Assembly: GCA_964247055.1 (NCBI GenBank)
Contig: OZ176053.1
Coordinates: forward strand, 2,914,001 to 2,978,000
Length of the DNA stretch: 64,000 nucleotides
Source: Paragordius varius
Taxonomy: Eukaryota; Animalia; Nematomorpha
Reading direction: 5' to 3'
Both the position numbers and the translations under genes were made by a program. Positions 53,701 through 64,000 of this stretch are shown here, in pieces; the stretch's first letter is position 1, and every line of letters starts with the position of its first letter. The notes beneath the pieces were generated by a model. It was not told the origin of the DNA and searched no databases. It saw only the letters and a list, made by a program, of their open reading frames with translations.

Positions 53701-56700
53701 CAGAGAAAAATTCAAAAATGGTTTTGGAGAGTTAAAATTTATTTATAAATTTCATATAGGTTTTCATTGATTTTCAGACCAATAAAAAGCATCTGACAAA
53801 CGATATCCCGGTTAGAATTCATATCATTATATATTTTAGCAAAAATAAGGTCCAGCCTCCCAAACTGAGTACTCCTTTAATGGTTGCAGTGCTATCTAGG
53901 AATTAACTTCTATACTGGCCCGCTTCTTAAGAGCGGAAGCAATTATTCTCATGAGATCTTGACAGAATTCGGAAACGTTTTTTTGAGTTTAAGAGAAAAA
54001 AAAGTTAGATATTGTTATAGTCGTAACAAACATGCTCATTTGAATGAACATTATATTAACCTCGCAACCACGTTTTGAATTTTTATATTATTGATTAAAC
54101 TGTAGTTGCAGGCACTTTACCTTGATAAATTTGGACACATTTATACCTCATTAAGTTACATATACATATATATATATAGTCAACAAACGTGTATTTTTGA
54201 TATACAATAAATATACCTTTTTACTTTATCTCCCTTTACGTGTGCCCCTATTCAACATTTGATGGCCAAGACGATCGGTACCTGTTCACTATTAACCTCA
54301 TGACTTAAAATGCGCCCAAATCCCAGATCTGACGCATCAGTTTCTATTATCAATTTCCTTAAATGAAGTTAAAAACACTTTTTCGCTTAACAAATTCTTA
54401 GCTGCTAACCATTCCTCGGTCCAAGACCATATCGTATTTTAACAAGTTAATTCATGTAAAAGACCGACTATCATTTGTAATTTTGGTATAAAGCGTTCAT
54501 GAAACGTCCAAAAACCTAAAAAACTACGTAATTTTTTTTTATCTACCGGCTTTTTTAGTTCCTTAATTGCCTTGATTTTGCTTTTACATGGGCTTATACC
54601 CTTTTTCTATATTTCAAACCCTAAATAGTTTACTGATTCTGCACATATCATTAATTTATCTTGTCTTAATTTAAATCCGGCCTTGCCCTACCAGTCACTA
54701 GGACGTCATCTAAATATACTCCGGACTTTCAGGCAGCACCTGTTCCATCACCCGTTGGAAGGTATGAGTGCCGTGGCCAGTTCAAACGGCATGCGTTTGT
54801 ATCTAAAAAAAACCTTTTTGTGTTGAGATAGTTAACAATCATTGACACTCCTCTGCCACTGGCATCTGGAGGTAAGCATCTTTTAAATCAATTTTTGTGA
54901 ATGTGATACCTTCGTCTATTTTCGACACCAACTCATCAAATGTGGGGATTATATGAGAGTCTTGCAACCACTTATTAAACGTGCGAAAACACTGCATTAA
55001 CTCGCCATTCGGTTTAAGTACATTAACCGCAGGCGTGGCCCACACAGGAGTAATGTAAGGATCAACCGGTTCTAAGATGCCTGACTTTTCTAGCCTTATC
55101 AGCTGTTTCTCCACCTTTTCTCTTAATGGAAAAGGCACCCTGCGACATGACCATACTTTCGGGATCGCATTCGCTGCAATGTGAATTTTTACTAAGTCTT
55201 TATAACACCCTAACTTATTTTCGAATAAGTTTTTAAAAATTTCGCAAATCTCATTTAATTTAAGATAATTAATTTTAACCTGTGGCATCTCAATCTGGGT
55301 TAGCCAGTCCAGTCCAGAGATCAGTGGTGCCATCCCTATCGTTTTGCAAACACATATGTCTTCGACATTTGTTTGCCTTTTACCTGGACGTTGACGCTTG
55401 CTATCCCCATCATTGGAACCGTGGTGTTGTTGTATGATTTCACTGGTGGTGTCGGCCTTAGTTTGGGTTTACCAATTTGTTCCCACGTTGTAAAGTTTAT
55501 TACACTGATATCAGAATCGGTATTATAGATAAAGTCTTTTTTCATACCGTTTATTATTTATGTTATTAGTAAAGGTGTTTGAGCATTTCGACCTACCTTG
55601 ACATCCTTCAATAGTTGTCTATTGAAGTTAAGTTTTTGTCTCTTGGCTACGCACATCCTAGCAAAAAGGTTCAATTTGCCACATTTATTGTTGCCAATTT
55701 ATCCATAGAAAAATAGAATGATAATAATAAATTCGAAGATCCTAGAGTATATTAGCAACGTACTTGAGGCAAAGGATTTTTCGGTAACCAAAAAAACGCT
55801 TAAATCAAGTATACTAGCATGTGGCGGATTCATGATTGTGAGGAATATTAACCAACGCCTGTACCCTAAGAAAATAAAGGAAGCCACGCGGGCTGAAATT
55901 ACGGAAACAGGAAAAAAAATATTCAACCCGACGAAATCAAAATTCCAAAGCCGGTTTGAATTTTTTAGGCCGGTGTGCGATGATGAAAGTTTCATGCTAA
56001 TTTCGAACGTGTCAATATGGGCGCAGAAGAAGCCCAATTAACTGAAGCCATAGAACAGCGCATACGTGATGCGTTCGTAATAGGACTGCGACAACCTCAA
56101 CTAGAGATGGATATCCATTCCAGGTATCCAGATGCGTTGATAAACGGTATTCCTGTCCCACTAGAAACAATCGTAGATCTCGCACTAGCACATGAGGCTG
56201 CTAGGGCTGGATTACAGAATAACAATAATAGTAATAACAATAGCAATCGATATAGTAACAGCAATAATAATAATACGGCTACAACATAATAAATCGATTC
56301 GACAAACAATAATAAAATCTTCTACTACATGTAAATATTGCGGCACCACACACCCGCCCAACAAGTGTCCAGCCTGGAGACGATCCTGCAACAAATGCGG
56401 AAAGCTGAACCATTTTGCTAGGATGTGTGTGGCCAAAAGACATGATCTTCAATAGGCAATTATTGAAGGAAGTTAACGTAGGTCGTAAGGCGCTAACTCC
56501 CTTACTGATAACACTAGTAATAAACGGGTTAAAAAAAGACTTCATCTACGATACCGGTTCGGACATTAGTGTAATAAACTTTGCCACATGGGAGCAAATC
56601 GGTAAACCCAAGCCGAGTCCGACACCCCCAGTAAAATCGTACAATAATACCACTGTGCCAATGATGGGGACAGCAAGTGTCAAGGTCCAGTTAAATGGTA

Positions 56701-59700
56701 AACAAATGGTCGAGGACATATGTGTCCTAAGCAAAACGATGGGGATGGCCCTGCTAATCTGTGGACTGGACTGGATGGCGAAATTCCAGATTGAGATGCC
56801 ACAGGTTAAAGTTAATTATCTTAAATTAAATGAGATTTGTGAAAATTTTAACTTATTTGAAAATAAGTTAGGGTGTTATAAAGACCCTTTAAAAATTCGC
56901 ATTGCAGCGAATGCGATCTCGGGTGCCTTTTCCATTAAGAGAAAAGGTGGAGAAAGAGCTGATGAGGCTAGAAATTTTAGGCATCTTAGAACCGGTTGAT
57001 CCTAACATTACACCTGTGACATGGGCCACGCCTAAGGTTAATGTATTTAACCGAATGGCGAAGGACAAGATTTTAACATAAATAATTTTCTTTTTTTATT
57101 CTATATTATTTATGTTAAAATCTTGTCCATTATGCAGTGATTTTCGGGTAACGATTAATAAGTGGTTGCAAAATGACTCTCATATAATACCCACGTTTGA
57201 TGAGTTGGTGTCAAAAATAGGCGAAGGTATCACATTCACAAAAATCGATTTAAAAGATGCTTACCTCCAGATGCCAGTGGCAGAGGAGTGTCAAGAATTG
57301 TTAACTATTTCGACACATAAAGGTTTTTTAGATACAAACGCATGCCGTTTGGACTGGCCAGAGCACCCATCATCTTCCAACGAGTGATGGAATAAGTGCT
57401 GGCTGAAAGTCCGGGATGCGTATATTTAAATGGCGTCCTAGTGACTGGTAGGACGGAAAACGAGCACATTAACAATTTAAATAACGTATAAAGTCGTCTC
57501 GATAAAGACGGATTCAAATTAAGACAATATAAAATAACGATAGGTGTAGAATCAGTAAACTATTTAAGGTTTGAAATATCGAAAAATAGTATAAGCCCAT
57601 GTAAAAGCAAAATCAAGGCAATTAAGGAACTAAAAAGGCCGGTGGATAAAAAGTCGTTACGTAGTTTTTTACGTTTTTTGACGTTTCATGAACGGTTTAT
57701 ACCAAAATTACAAATGATAGTCGGGCTCTTACATGAATTAACTAGTAAAAATACGAGTTGGTCTTGGACCGAGAAGCATGAAAAAAGCTGGTTAGGAGCT
57801 AAGAATTTGTTAAGCGAAAAAGTGTTTTTAACTCCAAATAACCCTAATAGGAAATTGATGATAGAAACTGATGCTTCAGATATAGGATTTGAGTGTATTT
57901 TAGGTCATGGGGTTAATAGTGAACGGATACCGATCGCGTATGCCTCACAAAAATGTAGCAACGCCGAACGGAATTATTCCACTATCGAGAAAAAACTGAA
58001 AGCAATATTGTTTGCGCTAAGAAAGTTTCATAGTTTCGTATATGGTAGAAAATTTGTAATAACGGATCATTTACCATTAGTAAAGTTAATTAATAGAGAT
58101 CGAAATACATAGTGCTAAAGTGCTAAGGATAAATAAAATAAATGAATATGATATTTAAGTCATCGAAAGGGGGCTCAAAATAGAGCTGATTATTTATCAA
58201 GATGACTATTGACGAGATCGATGCCTATGATGAAGATTATGCGGTTACCAGATACCTGAGATTTTTGAATTGTTATAACGTTAAAGTGCGGTAAGCAGAG
58301 ATGAAATTAGTAAAGAAACCGCGTTAGATCCGGTATTACTAAAAGTAATTAAAGCGTTAACCAACCATGACTGGAGTTATCCAGAATTAGAAAAGTTTGT
58401 AAACCGTAAAGACGAGTTGGCATATCAATATGGCTTATTAAGTTTAAATGATCGGATTATAATTCCAAAGCCCCTCCGAAAAGTGGTGGTAAGATACCAA
58501 CACAGCGGTCATAACAAAGAGACCATGAAAGCATTGGTCAAATTTACGTGTTATTGGCCAGAATTAAAAAAGGACCTGGTAAAAGCCAGTAGTCAGTGCG
58601 AATCGTGCCAATGTAGTAGGCCGAATGTTACTCAAAATTCCACTTATCAGTGGGATCATAATATTGCTGTGTGACAGCGTTTGCATATTGATATAGCCGG
58701 ACCATTAGACGGTTATTATTGGTTGTTGATATGATAGCGCCTTTAAATCGGCAGAAGGGTTTATTTTGAAAAAGGTAACCGTAGCGAATATAATCCATAA
58801 AGTAGAAGAAACGTTTGCAAGGTTTGGTTTTGCAAGAGAGATAGTTAGTGATAACGCATCGTATTTTATGAGTACTTTACGTCAACATTAAGTAAGTCAG
58901 GGTTGTAACATTTTAAAGTTACCCCCTACCATCCTAAGAGTAATAGGATGGTAGAAAGGTTAGTGGGTACGATAAAAAATAAAAATAAGAGAATAAAAAA
59001 TAATGCGATCTCCACCCACGAAGCTTTTAACACTAGCCTATGGGCGTATAAAAACTCTATACACTCGACAACTAAAAAAACCTCGGCTGAATTAATGTTC
59101 AAGCAAACACCCCATACCCCCTTAACCGGGTTAAATAGTAGGGCGAGATTGTAAGATGCACCGGCTCCCCGACGTCAGTTTGCGATTAATGAGCCACTAA
59201 TGATTAAAAATGAACTAAGTCCAAATTGAAACGCAGGAGAGATCATGGACCTTACAGGGTTATTTTCATACAAGGTGTGGGACAAAGACCGTAAGAAACT
59301 CGTAAGAAAACACGCCGATCAAAAAATACACCAGCCACATTAACAAGCTACCATTTCCAGCAAAACAAATGATGAGGATTTAACCACGGTCAGGAATGAT
59401 GTTACGATTGCCGAATCTCAACCAAACAGCACGATCAACTCAAGTGACGAAACGGAACCGATTGCCCAGACAGCCTCAAGTCAAAACAACAATAATAATA
59501 CCCAGGAACCTACGACAACCAGCTACCCCACGAAAATAGAGGAACGGTGCCCGACGAGAATTCGTCAGAAACTCGTCCGCTTTCGTTAGAAGAAGTGATG
59601 TTATAGTGGTAACTGATATAAACATATACATTAAAGTTCTCTTATAGCTTATTATAGCAGTTGTAAATGATCGCCAAAAGAAAATCAAAATGATATACTT

Positions 59701-60988
59701 GATTACACCGAAAATACGAATTATGAATTTTCGTCAAACAATCATTCATTAGTTACCCCGTCATCCAATGTGTAAATATGGAGAAGCATAACCTAGCCAC
59801 CCTGTATAAATTGGCCAACATTGTAATGGTCGCACAGCAACATAAGTTTTTAATATATGTATACAGTAAAAATTGAAATTATACTGACAAAAATTAAAAA
59901 CATAAAAACAAATATTTTTTCATTCTATACTTTTTCACATGTTGATTTAAATTATAACATTGTTTTAAATTGAAAAAAACAAGGTTCAAAAAGTATGATT
60001 GATTCTTTAATAATATTTATTTATAAATACATAAGGATCCGTAGAAAAATATACGCTAAATTTTCTATTTTTATATCTGAAGAGTAGTTTGACGACCGAA
60101 TTTTTGATGCAATTTTTTTAAAGTTAAATAAAGAGTTCCTCCAAAGATGCGATATTATACATTAAAACTTAGTTGAATTATATTTTGATATTATAATAAA
60201 AATGATGTGAGAATATCATTCAATGAAAAAAGGAAGCGGTTCCGAACAGTTAAATTTTTAAAAAACCAACCCGGTTCCATTTTTGAATGGTTAAAAAGCA
60301 TCCGGATTTTAATTTCACTTTTTTTTGACTCGGTTCGAAGCCCTGACATTTACTAATATTATAGAAACTGGTTTCCTAATTTTTCTAAGTTTACACAAAG
60401 TAGAAAATGATAAAAAAATATTACTTTACTTGAGGCCGCTAAAATTCAAAATAACTAATCTTTGCTTTCAATATATAACTATTCAATTAAATTACCCTAT
60501 TTTGTTGTAGTGTGTTAGTTATTTCGTCCAATGCGGTATAATAGTTTTGATAAACATTAATATTATCCAAATTTTCGTAATACATAGTTTCCAACAATTT
60601 TTTCTCCGCAATATATTTCTAAATAAATAAGATAATTAAATAAAAACATTTAAAGTATTCCAATTCTTCATAATATTGAATTATTATGAATAAAATGTAA
60701 TTTAGATGTATAAACCTCAATTATTTTTGTACGTTTTTCCAGGAGGGTCATAACTGTTTTTCCGATTTCCATTAATTGTTTTTCTAATTCAACCTTAAGA
60801 TGATCCAAATCAATTAAATTTGATTCTTCTTTGGTTATTCTAAAATATAAAATTTCGATATGGAAAATGTATTTAATTTCAACTATTACCCTCTTTTGAA
60901 TAATATATCGTTTTAATTAATATCGTGTAATTTACACAATCTACTTTAGTAATGAATTTTTAAAACTTTTTTTGTTAACCTCAACCAC

Positions 60989-61020
<32 letters not shown>

Positions 61021-64000
61021 TAAGTAATTTTTATTGGGTTTTAATTTTAAACATTATGTATAACTGTAAATAGTTGATAATGAATTCAGAAAATTTTACA
61101 ATTATAACTTTGATCGGTAGTCAAGCCTTACCCTCAAACCTATATTCAACGAGACAAATTAGATATAGGTCAGTATCATACAGATATAGAAAACAGATAT
61201 TTCAATAAATATACCTTAATTTAACAGATCGAAGTTTAGTTAGCAAGATTTGTTGAGTGTTTCGATGTTTCATTAATTCTTGCATATCGAATGTTAGTTC
61301 CTTTATTTTGTTTTCCAAGTTACCCCGTTCCTCGTGCAAAGTATTGTAAGATTTCTGTAATTCTGATAACTCGTTTTCAATTTTCTGGAAAAAAGAGACA
61401 TTATAAGTTATGTTTTATGAAGGCATGTTATGTTTAAAAAATAAGCGTACAAGTTTTTGCGGCAAAATAAAGAAGTTTTTTACAAAAAAATGTGTTTTAA
61501 TAACTTTTTTTGTTTAATATGCACCTAAAAATAAATTTCAATTGTTAATTTCTTCACTTGATAGAAATCAAAAAATTCTTCATTAAAAACCAATAATTTT
61601 ATATGAAAATTATTACTTCAATTATTATCAATGTGCTTTATTAACATGTTTTTAAAGCCTTTTAATTTCAATTTTTTTTAAGTACATCATTCAATCATAA
61701 ATATACCATTAAATTTGTTCTAACATTCATTTCTTGCATCAACTCATCGTTTGAGGGGGATACCCAGTGCTGTGAAAAAATATAAGGATTCATATTAAAA
61801 TTTAGCGTTCGTTGATCAAAACCGGGTTGTCGAGGGCGATATCGAGATCGAATAATTCGAACAAGCGTCCTCCCCGCAAAAAATGTGTGGAGATTGGAAA
61901 AGGCTTCAATATTTTCTGAACACAATGTTTGAGTTTTGCATATAATATCATTCTCTTTGGCACGAACTGTATCTAAAATTAAAGTTTTTGATAATAATAT
62001 TTATAAATATATTATAATATGGGTAAAAGATTTAAGAGTTATGTATACTAAAATTTTTTTGATAACTATCTCAAGCTACGTAATAAAAAATGAGAACAAA
62101 CCATTTATGGATATTAAAATTTATCGCTTATAGTTAATAACTTAGTGATTTTCGTATATATTAAAACAACTATATTTTAAATATAATAATCCATTTATAA
62201 ATTAGTTAGAATCCCAAAAAACTCTTGCGAGCTAAAATCAAATTCTATAATAATTAAAATTTTCAGTACGATGATTCATTTTTAAAATTTACTCAAATTT
62301 AGAAGATTTAAATTTTTATAAAAAAAGTATTACTCATAATATTGTGTCCTAATAGAAAAAAAACATACAATCAGTGTGTAATTCTACTTGGGGCATTAAT
62401 GGTTTATTTAATATATGTTTATTCAACTTTTATACCAATTTTACCCCGCACTTGGGTATTAGTTTAAAGATTTTAGATAACTTATATTTTTTTCAAAAAA
62501 TTAAGGATTTTAATTTTCAAAAGTTAAACCAAATAATATTTATTTAAAAGGCATCAAAATACATACATTTATGTCGCAATGCGGTATTAAAAAAAATAAA
62601 ATTTTGCTAAATAAAATGTTTATAAAAGTATTTATAGGTTAAAAAAACGTACCAGAATTTCCTTTAACAACATGGCTTATGGGTATTTCGTGGAAACGAT
62701 GCTTTCGACAAAGGAATTCCATAACCTCGGCTGGACAGCTATATATCAAATCTCGCAAATTGCAATCAAAAAGGGTGTTTATAGACTCGTTTTGTTCACT
62801 AAAATGCACATAAAAAAGGTTATTGGAAAAAATATGTTGTTGTGATAAAAGCGAGCTACACTAAAATATATATTATTTACACCTCGAATTTACCATTATA
62901 CATTTCAAATACACTCTTAAATATTTCAGTTTTATACCTGATTAGAAATTCATCCAAAAAATAAATTGTGTTTTTGGGATATTTAAACTTATATTGATAT
63001 AAAATATTTTTTATGGCATAATATATTTTTTTCTAGATGTTAATTTTAAACAAGATTAAATTTTTTAAAATTCCGAAAAAAATAAGATAATTTTTATTAT
63101 ATTTAAAAACAAATAATTTATTTAATGTTAGGGGTGAAATTTAATGGTTCAAAGGTATATTCGAGTAGTTTTTTAATGTTAAAGGTGAATTTGAGATGTA
63201 AATGGTATAATTTAGTTTAATTTTGATGAACAAATCAAAAATCTCATCAAAAATAAAAGTATAGGCATATTTTTTTTCATAATTAATTTAGTCATAAATT
63301 AAAAATAATTTTCTCACATAATTAATGCTTACAATCCTCGAAATAAATGGTATAAAATATAAAATTACTCTGACAAATTCATATCTCAACTCTGGTACTA
63401 TATTAAGCATTATAAATACTAACAATCAATGATAATAGTTATAAATGTTTAATTTGCAACACATGGCAAAAATGTTGGCAAATATTTACTTTATTGAAGG
63501 ATATTGTTTCACAATATGTTGGCAAAACGGATTATCCGGATGTTTTACATATTCATGATTACACATGGGATCCTCTAAATAAAAAATAGACCCATAAAAA
63601 TTATCTTATACTAAAGAAGTAATAATATAAACCTTGGGTGTAGTGATAAAAACAAGAAAAGGCTTAGCGTTCATGTGTTTCATTTTGTAAAAAAAATTAT
63701 ACTTCAATTATACCAAAGATTATCTGGTTTTTATCACATTAATTGATTCTTTTTCTTGTTTTTTGAAAAAAAACATTAAATCTCAATTTTTAAAAACCAA
63801 AAAAGTTTTTAAAATGCAAATCTTTCATATAAAACATTTAGCGAACCCTGATCAGATGCTGGAATTGTAGAATTAGGTTCATAAAAAATTGGTATATTTA
63901 GGCGCATCTCTTTGCGAAAAACACGAGTACACAGTAAAAAATCTTCCCTGTCAAGGCAAATAAAGCCAATCCATTCTTGGCGTCCAATTATGTTTTCCAA
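46541..64000 (-). CDS. SMC5: Structural maintenance of chromosomes protein 5 (hinge to C-terminal head; 5' part lies beyond the window)
   Basis: Exons 64000 to about 63830, 62798-62653, 61972-61707, 61384-61215, 60839-60716, 50986-50708, 49775-49683, 49469-49055, 48583-48423, 47398-47258, and 46942 to the stop (46671 if the 26-nt intron 46713-46688 is spliced, otherwise 46541). Phases are consistent from 62798 onward. Signature QSGGERS, Walker B CPFRMVDEINQGMD, D-loop region NERKV and QYFLLTPK, plus YGLAIKVKFR and LEKINTNF, are SMC5-specific. The first junction is unresolved. Confidence 0.93.
47440..47766. mobile_element. Foldback-like 21-bp-repeat MITE (decayed) in an SMC5 intron
   Basis: TAGACCATTTAC left end, AAATTCACCCTTGA units, GTGATTGGTATT right end. 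Confidence 0.55.
50410..50670. mobile_element. Foldback-like 21-bp-repeat MITE embedded in a (TA)n microsatellite
   Basis: AAATTTACCCTTGAACAATTCAAATTCACCCT / AGGGTTAATTTGAATTGTTCAAGGGT arms, flanked by (TA)15 at 50384-50413 and (TA)19 at 50665-50702. Confidence 0.65.
51475..53016. repeat. Foldback element with one left arm and three tandem right-arm units (479, 458, 415 bp) carrying 21-bp arrays
   Basis: Unit AAGGACCAACTTGAA[CGAT]TGTTC x4 (inverted, 51504-51587), x5 (52010-52114), x4 (52489-52572) and x2 (52946-52987). Each array is capped by the 29-bp terminus AAGGACACTCTTGAAGTGCAAATGGTATA. Confidence 0.92.
54271..55694 (-). mobile_element. Truncated Ty3/Gypsy (Mag-like) copy: gag knuckle, protease, RT and part of RNase H
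   Basis: Reverse-complement homolog of 56388-57936. Contains FIYNTDS, PFPLREKVEKQL, WATP, KIDLKDAYLQ and an intact VYLDDV motif (54703-54720), plus IETDAS. Confidence 0.9.
55700..59850 (+). mobile_element. Dead, near full-length Ty3/Gypsy (Mag-like) LTR retrotransposon
   Basis: Gag (RFEFF, IRDAFVIGL, CKYCG..H...CPA....CNKCGKLNHFARMC), protease DTGS, RT (KIDLKDAYLQ; YLDD mutated to YLNG), RNase H (ETDASD, AYAS, ERNYS, KFHSFVYGRKF, TDH) and integrase (H..H...C..C, HIDIAGP, SDNA, PYHP.SN.MVER) occur in PR-RT-RH-IN order. A purine tract AGAAGAAGTGA precedes TGTTATAG at about 59600 (probable 3' LTR; its end is uncertain). Many frameshifts. Confidence 0.92.
57063..57128. repeat. 66-bp perfect hairpin (23-bp arms, 20-bp spacer) interrupting the Gypsy RT
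   Basis: GGACAAGATTTTAACATAAATAA ... TTATTTATGTTAAAATCTTGTCC. Absent from the homologous site of the inverted copy (about 55000-55010). Confidence 0.9.
62890..63209. mobile_element. Foldback-like 21-bp-repeat MITE (decayed) in an SMC5 intron
   Basis: TTACCATTATAC left end; AAAGGTGAATTTGAGATGTAAATGGTATA right end. Confidence 0.55.

Noticed and set aside
53880-54010. Minus-strand peptide FCQDLMRIIASALKKRASIEV as a missing SMC5 exon
   Set aside because: No AG acceptor, bounded by stops, and not needed for phase or length.
55699-56734. Several minus-strand ORFs (e.g. the poly-Leu 56097-56309)
   Set aside because: Antisense to Gypsy gag/protease and its AAT/AAC triplet repeat.

Overview
Very AT-rich eukaryotic (metazoan-like) genomic DNA read with the standard code. 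Four conserved spliced genes can be reconstructed by hand with consistent splice phases: NUDT16 (-, 850-1821), KLHDC4 (+, 11928-18796), MRPL45 (+, 19208-21847) and the 3' two-thirds of SMC5 (-, about 46541/46671 to beyond 64000). There are two orphan coding regions: an intronless 563-aa Pro/Gln/Asn-rich protein with ten CxxC knuckles (-, 4680-6371), which is the most novel-looking gene, and a low-complexity protein (-, 30507-31706) with a probable hidden 24-nt intron. A possible decayed membrane-protein gene lies at about 42.9-44.9 kb. Intron sizes are strongly bimodal: 22-32 nt GT-AG introns sit beside 0.26-9.7 kb TE-filled introns. This suggests a reduced animal parasite such as a myxozoan or mesozoan (inference only). 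The rest is a dense mix of transposable elements: a piggyBac-type MITE family (TTAA), a non-autonomous Helitron pair, a foldback-like family built from 21-bp repeats, hAT- and Tc1/mariner-type MITEs, mariner and RTE relics, and two inverted Mag-like Ty3/Gypsy copies inside the 9.7-kb SMC5 intron. No rRNA, intact tRNA or CRISPR array was found. All family assignments come from motif recall and manual translation, not database searches.
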